The translations under genes and the position numbers were made by a program. Positions 56,666 to 64,000 of a stretch of 64,000 bases of DNA are shown piece after piece. Location: contig CM022677.1 in the NCBI GenBank assembly GCA_012295275.1, forward strand, positions 21,266,001 through 21,330,000, given 5' to 3'. The notes beneath the pieces are model-generated. The model did no database searches, was not told the DNA's origin, and saw only the letters and a program-made list of their open reading frames with translations. Each line of letters begins with the position of its first letter. The first letter of the stretch is position 1. Source of the stretch: Chrysomallon squamiferum. Lineage: Eukaryota; Animalia; Mollusca.

Positions 56666-57709
56666 ACACGCGTATATTTACAAACAAAACATATTTACCC
56701 CCACCATAAAACGAAAACACTTTTCTTTCTCGTAAACTACTGGTCAGTGTGAACAAACACCCTGAAACCTCCGCACCTGAAATAAAAAATATCTTCCACA
56801 CACCAACAACTTGTTGTTGTTCTTCATGTTTGATCTGCTCTCGAAATCAGGACCTAAACAGCCATCAAGTTGAAAGTTGTGTGTTAAAAGCTTTATCTGT
56901 GACTTGACACACCCTTATCAGTTCTAAGTGTCTGTCGCGTTTTTTTTACGATCCACCTGAAATCCTGTCGCGGATAAAACGATAACAATAAGGTGTGTAA
57001 TACAGACGTGACATATTGTGTTTATTCTGTATGGTGAGTAGAATATTAATAATATTTTTTGTTTGTTCTGATTTGTCAGTGAAATATGTAGTAATAGTTT
57101 GATTTTTTTTTGTGTGTGTTTTTATGTTTGTGTCTGTATGATACATTTGTGTGTGTGTGTGTAAGTCTGTATATAACATATATATTACATATATATTGTG
57201 TATTGAGGTAGTATTTGTATATGTTTGTATGTTAAGTGTGTTTGTGTATGTATATAATCAGGGTTTATTAATTCTATTTTATTTTATTTTATTTTATATT
57301 TATTTTTTATTTATTTATTTATTTATTTTTTTTTTTTTTAATATTATTTTTTTATTTATTAGTTAGTTAGTTCGTTAGTTCGTTAGTTCCTTAGTTAGTT
57401 GATATTTTATTTGTTATACATTTTTTTATATATGAAACGACATTGTGAACATACTTTATTACAAACAAAGTTTAGCCGCCATTAATTAATAATAAACTAA
57501 ATTAATCAGGTGCAATAAAAAATATATTTAGTTTCTTTATAACTTTTATCAACTTCACGATCTTATTATTATTTTCTCAAAAAAATTTCACTTTAATATC
57601 TCAGTTTCTTACTTTAACTATTATTTTCCGTTTTTTCTTTACTACCTATTCTCATTCAATATTTTATTTTATTTTTATATTTTTTCTCTTGTCTCTTATT
57701 TAAAACAGA

Positions 57710-57754
<45 letters not shown>

Positions 57755-58174
57755 TTTATTTTAATGTTTTTTTTTTTTTTTTTTTTTAATTGTTTCTTTT
57801 TTTTTTTTTTTTTCCTTTTCTCTCTTTTCGTATTACTTTCTTTTTTTCTTTCTATTCTTTACTTCGATTCTTTTTTTTCTTACCCCATTCTTTCCTTTCT
57901 GCGTTTATCCAAACGAACAGCAACTCGAAGATAGATCTCTAATATTGATTCTCACTTACAACGTAAAAAACTGAGTTCTTCAGCTGGAGAACTGCGTGGC
58001 CTATCGTACATAACCCAAAGTGACGTGATCGTTGTAGAGTTAGGTAGACGTTGTGAACGTTGGTGTAAAAGCTTCAGGGCAGGTGTAGCCTAGTTTAGTT
58101 CGACAGACTCAGCGTGTGTTACAGAGGGCGTCAGAGGTTAGTAAAAAAAAAAAAACTAATATCATAAATTTAAA

Positions 58175-58245
<71 letters not shown>

Positions 58246-58804
58246 CATATATTAAAACAAGTAACGAAAGATTATTTTCTCTTAAGTGGAACGGGTACTG
58301 ATCTCAACCAGCCTGTGTCTATGTACTTGAATATCAATATGGTTTATAAGTGTCTTGTTTGTGAGTTGGTGTATCTGTATGTTTACATTTTACTTGAATT
58401 TTTTTTTACCTTTGATCTGTGCCAGAGCACTGCACATCAAACACAACAGTAATTTTGTGTTTTGGTTTGTATATATGTGTGTGTGTGTGGGTGTGTGTGT
58501 GTGTATATATATATACACATCTGTCTTTCTGTCTCTTATGGGTCAATCTATGTAGTATTATCTTTCTGTGTATCTATCCATTTGTCTGTCTCTGTGTGTA
58601 TATAAATATATATATATATTTTATCTGTTCATCAGTCCATATCTGTATCTATTTATGTATATATCTTTCTGTCTATTTATCTATGTGTCTTTATATATCT
58701 GTTTATCTGCCAATCCATTTTCTGCATATCTGTCCGACTGTGTATCTGTCCATCTATCTTTCTCTCTCTCACTGTTTCTCTCTCTCACTGTTTCTCTCTC
58801 TCTC

Positions 58805-58874
<70 letters not shown>

Positions 58875-59507
58875 GCTCTCTCTCTATATATATACATACA
58901 TATAAAACCACACACACAGCCCCAAACATGTCTGTTTGTTTATCCACCGACTTTATTCATTCTTTGCACTTTTAAATTTTATTTTTGTTTCCGCAAGACA
59001 CCGTGAACTAATTTTCCTAAACGTTACATACGCTGAAGATCTAATGATATGTTTCGTATCCTAATCCTAATCCTAATCCTAATCCTTCACACTTCAAAGG
59101 ATTTCAGTGACAGCACGTTGTCAATAGAGCTTAAACTGACCTTAATGAAAACCGAGTTCAGATTCTTGTACCTGTGAGATAATGTGACTCAAAATAAACA
59201 TTGTGTTGGTCTGCTTCTCGTTAGTGTATGAAAATTGATATCAAATCATGTAGTGAATTTATTTATTTATTTAATGTCATTATAATTAGTCGTAATCATC
59301 ATCATTATAATTATTATTATCATCATTATTACTATTTTCATCATCAACACCGTTATTATCACCGTCGTCATCAAGTGCATCATTATCATTATTATAATTA
59401 TTACTGTTGTTGTTGATGTTATTAGAAACAAATTTAACAGAAATTTATAGTATATAAAATACATTTATTCAGTCTAGTCAGCCATAGTTAGTGTATTCTG
59501 TGTCATT

Positions 59508-59658
59508 TTACACAATACGTATTTTTACATAATACGTATTTCTGACATAATGCGTATTTTTACATAATACGTATTTTTTATATAATACGTATTTAACACA
59601 ATACGTATTTTTCACATAATACGTATTTTTGACATAATATGTATTTTTACACAATACT
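59508..59658. repeat. ~17-18 bp minisatellite (ACATAATACGTATTTTT)
   Basis: About 8 tandem units. Confidence 0.85.
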
Positions 59659-60252
59659 GAAGACGAAATGTTAAAAACCAAGACTGGTAATATTACGATT
59701 TTTACAATTACGTCACATTTGACAAAAGCGTTGTTCGTATTATTTACGTCATGAAAACTGTTTCCATGTCAACAAAATAAGTCTATGAATTTCAGTTTAT
59801 TTAAGTAGAATATTTTTCATTATATTATTCTTTATTAAGTGGCAGATATTTTGCATTTTACTTTTATTTTATTTTATTTTGTTTTATTTCATTTCATTTC
59901 ATTTTATTTTATTTCAATTATTATTCATTTCTTTATTTATTTCCCTTTTCTTTCTTTCTTTTTCCTTTTTTCTCCTTTTTTCATTTCTTTCTTTCTTTTT
60001 TCCTTTTTTCTCGTTTTTTTTTTTTTTTTTTTTAATTTTTTTTTTTTTAATTCTTTTTCATAATGCGTTTTGTTTATTTTTGTTAGTTTATTTATTTATT
60101 TATTTTATTTTATTTTATTTTATTTTATTTTATTTATGTTTTTTGGGCGGATATTTCGTCACTTCAGTGACACTATTAAACAGAAAACTCTCCTGTATAT
60201 TCCACCCCCTTCCATAAATCACATTACAAACACCTTTATAGCCAGAGACTTC

Positions 60253-60288
<36 letters not shown>

Positions 60289-60399
60289 TATTTATATATC
60301 CATAGAAAGGAAACCTATACTAAACATTTTGATGTTTTCGAGGGGATTTTAGAACTGGATAAATGAATACTCATGACGTAAACAGCGAAATTGGAAAGG

Positions 60400-60478
60400 G
60401 TGTGAAAAGCGACTGGTGCAGATTTGATCTCGTTAGCTACGTGTAAAAGACCGGCGTTTTAACCATCTAGATAATGAC
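60400..60478 (-). mobile_element. Possible degenerate tRNA-derived SINE head
   Basis: Minus strand reads GTCATTATCTAGATGGTTAAAACGCCGGTC...GAGATCAAATCTGCACCAGTCGC, with A-box-like and B-box-like spacing. Too diverged for a tRNA. Confidence 0.35.
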
Positions 60479-62373
60479 TTCTGTCAATGTGCAGTTGTTG
60501 TTTTTTTGTTGTTGTGTTGTTTTTTTTTCTTTTTTCTTTGAGAAAGTTTTATTAAAAATCCATAACACGACTCAATAATGTCTCTTTGTCCGCTTTCTAA
60601 TCTAAATATACAGAAATATTTTTATTTGTGATTCGTGATTGTGTTTTGGACAACAAAAAAATGTCAAAGCAGTATTATTATTAATAATAACAACAACTAC
60701 AGCAATAGCAACAACAACAACAACAACAATAAAAATAAATAAAAATAAATAAATAACAATAACATTTAAAAAAAAAAATAATAATCATAATAAAAAAAGT
60801 AATCCGGCCTGATCGCTTCCGTTTGTTGACATCGCTAAGAACGACAAATGCAAAGAGAAAATTAAATATAAAAAAAAAATATAAAAAATTAAATAAATAA
60901 ATAAATAATAAATATAAAAAAAAATCGCGAATATTTCTTTGTATAATTTCTTTTTATTACGGTAATAATCACGACAATAAAAAAAAGAAAGTGTTTGCAA
61001 GAATAGCAGTAAGAGACACACCTACTATTGACTGTTTACTGCAGTAAAAGTAAAACGTGACAATAAAAACACGTCTGGCGCTGTTTGATTACATACGCAT
61101 TAAAGGCGCGATCACACTGTGTAGTTTGTAGTAACCAGTTTCCTTTTCTCTTACATTTTTTTTCCTTTTCTCTTTCTCTCTGTCTTTTGTGTGTGTGTGT
61201 CTGTCTTATGTGTTTATGCATTGATGGATGGAGTAAATATATGTCAATGTGTTTCAAGATGCATGGAGAGACAAACTTATTTAATTTCTGATAGTAGTAC
61301 ACACGTATATCTCATACACACATACACAGACATATACACACACAAACACACATTTATACACACACGTACCTACGTACATATATACAATTCATTACTTCAT
61401 TACGTCATTCCATCTTTTAATTTAAAACATTTTTCAAAACGTTACATGATTTTCATTCGGTACTCTTCGACAAAATCCGTCGTTCTGTTCAGTTCGGCCA
61501 GGATTTGTGAACCGTTTATTCATTTCTGTTAATTCTCGACTTCGAAAGCAATTTCCGAAGAATGTCGGAATCGTAATCGTCACTCTTCGACAAAAATCGT
61601 CAATCGTTATTTTGATATATTTCTAAATCGCCCAATTCGTTTCATGACTTTTCCGAAAACTACCGAACTCTCATTTGGCAGTCTTCGTAAATGAAACTTC
61701 TCTTCAAGCAATTGCCGTAAATTTCAGCTCAGAAATTCTCGACTCTGATTCGGCACTCTTCGGCAAAGATCGTCGTCCGTGTCAACTAGCCGTTTACTTT
61801 ACGCTCGTTTACTCTCGCTTCACGTTTTAAACGGCCCGTTTTGTTGTTGTTTTTTTGTGTGCAGTAACCTAAGTTTCTCATTTCCACGCCTGCGGAATGT
61901 TAAGCAACAAAGTCAATAAATTTGTTCGACACGGGAATCGCGAATTACCTCCGTGAAACTTTCCATTGACTTCAGCTATTATTTATAAATATCTTTACGA
62001 TTCTTATAACGTTCGCGTTTTATTGTCGTTCGTCGCGTTGGTTTTGCTTGCCTTGGGATCGCAGAATTCCCGGACTGCGGGGCAAAAACAAAAAAAAAAA
62101 AAACCTGAGGTTTTAAGTTTTTCTCATTCTTTAAAGAACTGCGGGACTACGTGCGAACTGGGACGGGAAATCAACGGTTAGTAGTTTTAGATAATTGTAT
62201 TTATTTTAGTAATTTTTTTGTGTCATGTTTGTCGAGATGGTACGAAAGTAACGGGTGGGAGTTATAGGTTGTTAGTCGTAAAATGTTGTGTTTATTTATT
62301 TATTTGTTTGTTTGTTTTTGTTTGTTTGTTTGTTTATCTATTCATTTGTGTATTTGTTTGTTGGTTTCTTCGT

Positions 62374-62412
<39 letters not shown>

Positions 62413-62675
62413 TTTGTTTATTTGACTGTCTGTTTATTTATTCATTTATTTATTAGTTTATTTATTTGTTTGCTTATTAGTTTATTTATTTGTTTATTTA
62501 TTCATTCATTCATTTATTTCTTATTTCTTATCATTGTTGTCGTTATTGTTGTTGTTACTGTTCTTATTTTTACCAGTTGCAGTTTCATTGTTGTTTTGTT
62601 TTTCTTCGTATTATTATTGCTAACGTTGTTCTTGTTGTTATTAATGATTGTGGTAACAGTAGTAGTAGTAGTAGC

Positions 62676-62709
<34 letters not shown>

Positions 62710-62710
62710 A

Positions 62711-62832
<122 letters not shown>

Positions 62833-63310
62833 CTGTTGTACTTCATTGCATTGTTGTTGTTATATCGAAGATATAAAACTGCAAGAAGTGAGAAAAAAAA
62901 GAATAAAAAGCAAAAACATTTGGCACCGAAACCAAAGGGTTTAAATTCATTACACTGTAAATTGTAGAGTTCAGACACAACTAAAAAAATAAAAAATATA
63001 AAAATTACTTCTTTTTTTTTTTTTTTTTTTTTTTAATTCTGCACAGAATGACATAAGTTGCTCACTGAAAATTTAATGCTATTTAATTTCTCTCCTATGC
63101 TGGTTTTATTTATCTTAGTTTTGTAGCAGTATTTTATATATATCTGTATCTGATTACCTGTCTATTCATATACACTTCTGTTTTGAAAGATACAGTTATT
63201 AAATATTCATTACTGTTTAATTTCTTTTTCTGTGTTGATTTCATTTATGTTAGTATTGTTATCCTAAACTTTCTACGTAATAAATAAATAAACACACACA
63301 CACACAAACA

Positions 63311-63359
<49 letters not shown>

Positions 63360-63367
63360 TATGACCA

Positions 63368-63450
<83 letters not shown>

Positions 63451-63742
63451 GTATTTGTTTATTTACTCATTTATTTATTTACTTATTTATTTATTTCTGT
63501 AAATTGCGGGAGAGTTTGGGGGGATTTTAGTGTTTGATGGAATGTAAAACATGAAAGTTAATTGTATTTATTTTGTTACTTGAAATTTATGACTTGAAAG
63601 TTATGTATGTAACTGTAGTTCAGAAAGTAAGAGTCACTGACTATAAAATTACTTATTTGTTTATTATAATAAGTGTATTGATTTGTCAGTTTTTATGAGA
63701 CGTGGTAACGATTACCTTTTTATATAATTACATATATACATA

Positions 63743-63793
<51 letters not shown>

Positions 63794-64000
63794 CATTATA
63801 AATGTGTTTAGATTGTGTCTATAAATGTAAGTCACGTGGTCAGTTTGAAACAGAACACTTTTTTTAAGTGATTAATACAAGAAATAAACACATAAAAACA
63901 TTTTTTTTTTTATTCTGTTTAGAAAGATATAGTTTACTCATTAAATATTCTTTTCTATGTTAATATTGTTATCATTAATAAATAATTTACTTAATAAATA

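Noticed and set aside
56911-56925. ACCCTTATCAGTTCT, 15 nt complementary to the 3' part of miR-184 (sequence recalled from memory); also resembles a short piece of U2 snRNA
   Set aside because: The seed-matching part is absent, there is no mature-arm hairpin partner, and flanking U2 sequence is missing. Treated as chance.
59058-59085. (TCCTAA)4 telomere-like repeat
   Set aside because: The unit is TTAGGA rather than TTAGGG, and there are only about 4 copies. An ordinary microsatellite.

Overview
AT-rich, microsatellite-dense, intron-containing animal DNA. It resembles an invertebrate genome such as a mollusc or cephalopod, but that is inferred from composition only. Almost all listed ORFs are microsatellite noise, so genes were assembled by hand from GT-AG exons. 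(1) Minus strand, 22548 to beyond position 1: an LRR-TSP1 locus. A signal peptide and 16-LRR exon are followed by symmetric phase-1 TSP1 exons interleaved with 33-48 nt linker microexons. The LRR plus first four TSP1 exons are tandemly duplicated (copies B and A), and each LRR copy has one different frameshift. Copy A lacks its ATG but has an in-frame cryptic acceptor. (2) Minus strand, 31184-25020: a paralogous 16-LRR type I membrane protein with an acidic DYDYE stalk microexon, a TM helix and a TIR-less tail ending YVNPAF. (3) Plus strand, 33332-38600, head-to-head with (2) across a perfect kappaB-like site: a protein with two divergent Neuralized (NHR) domains and a C-terminal CARD-like domain. 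It has a non-autonomous pogo/Tigger element in intron 2. (4) Plus strand from 50795: the start of an unidentified gene. The best candidate for a novel system is a modular immune or adhesion cluster, with one LRR head on alternative tails next to an NHR-CARD adaptor. Functions are inferred and no database searches were run.
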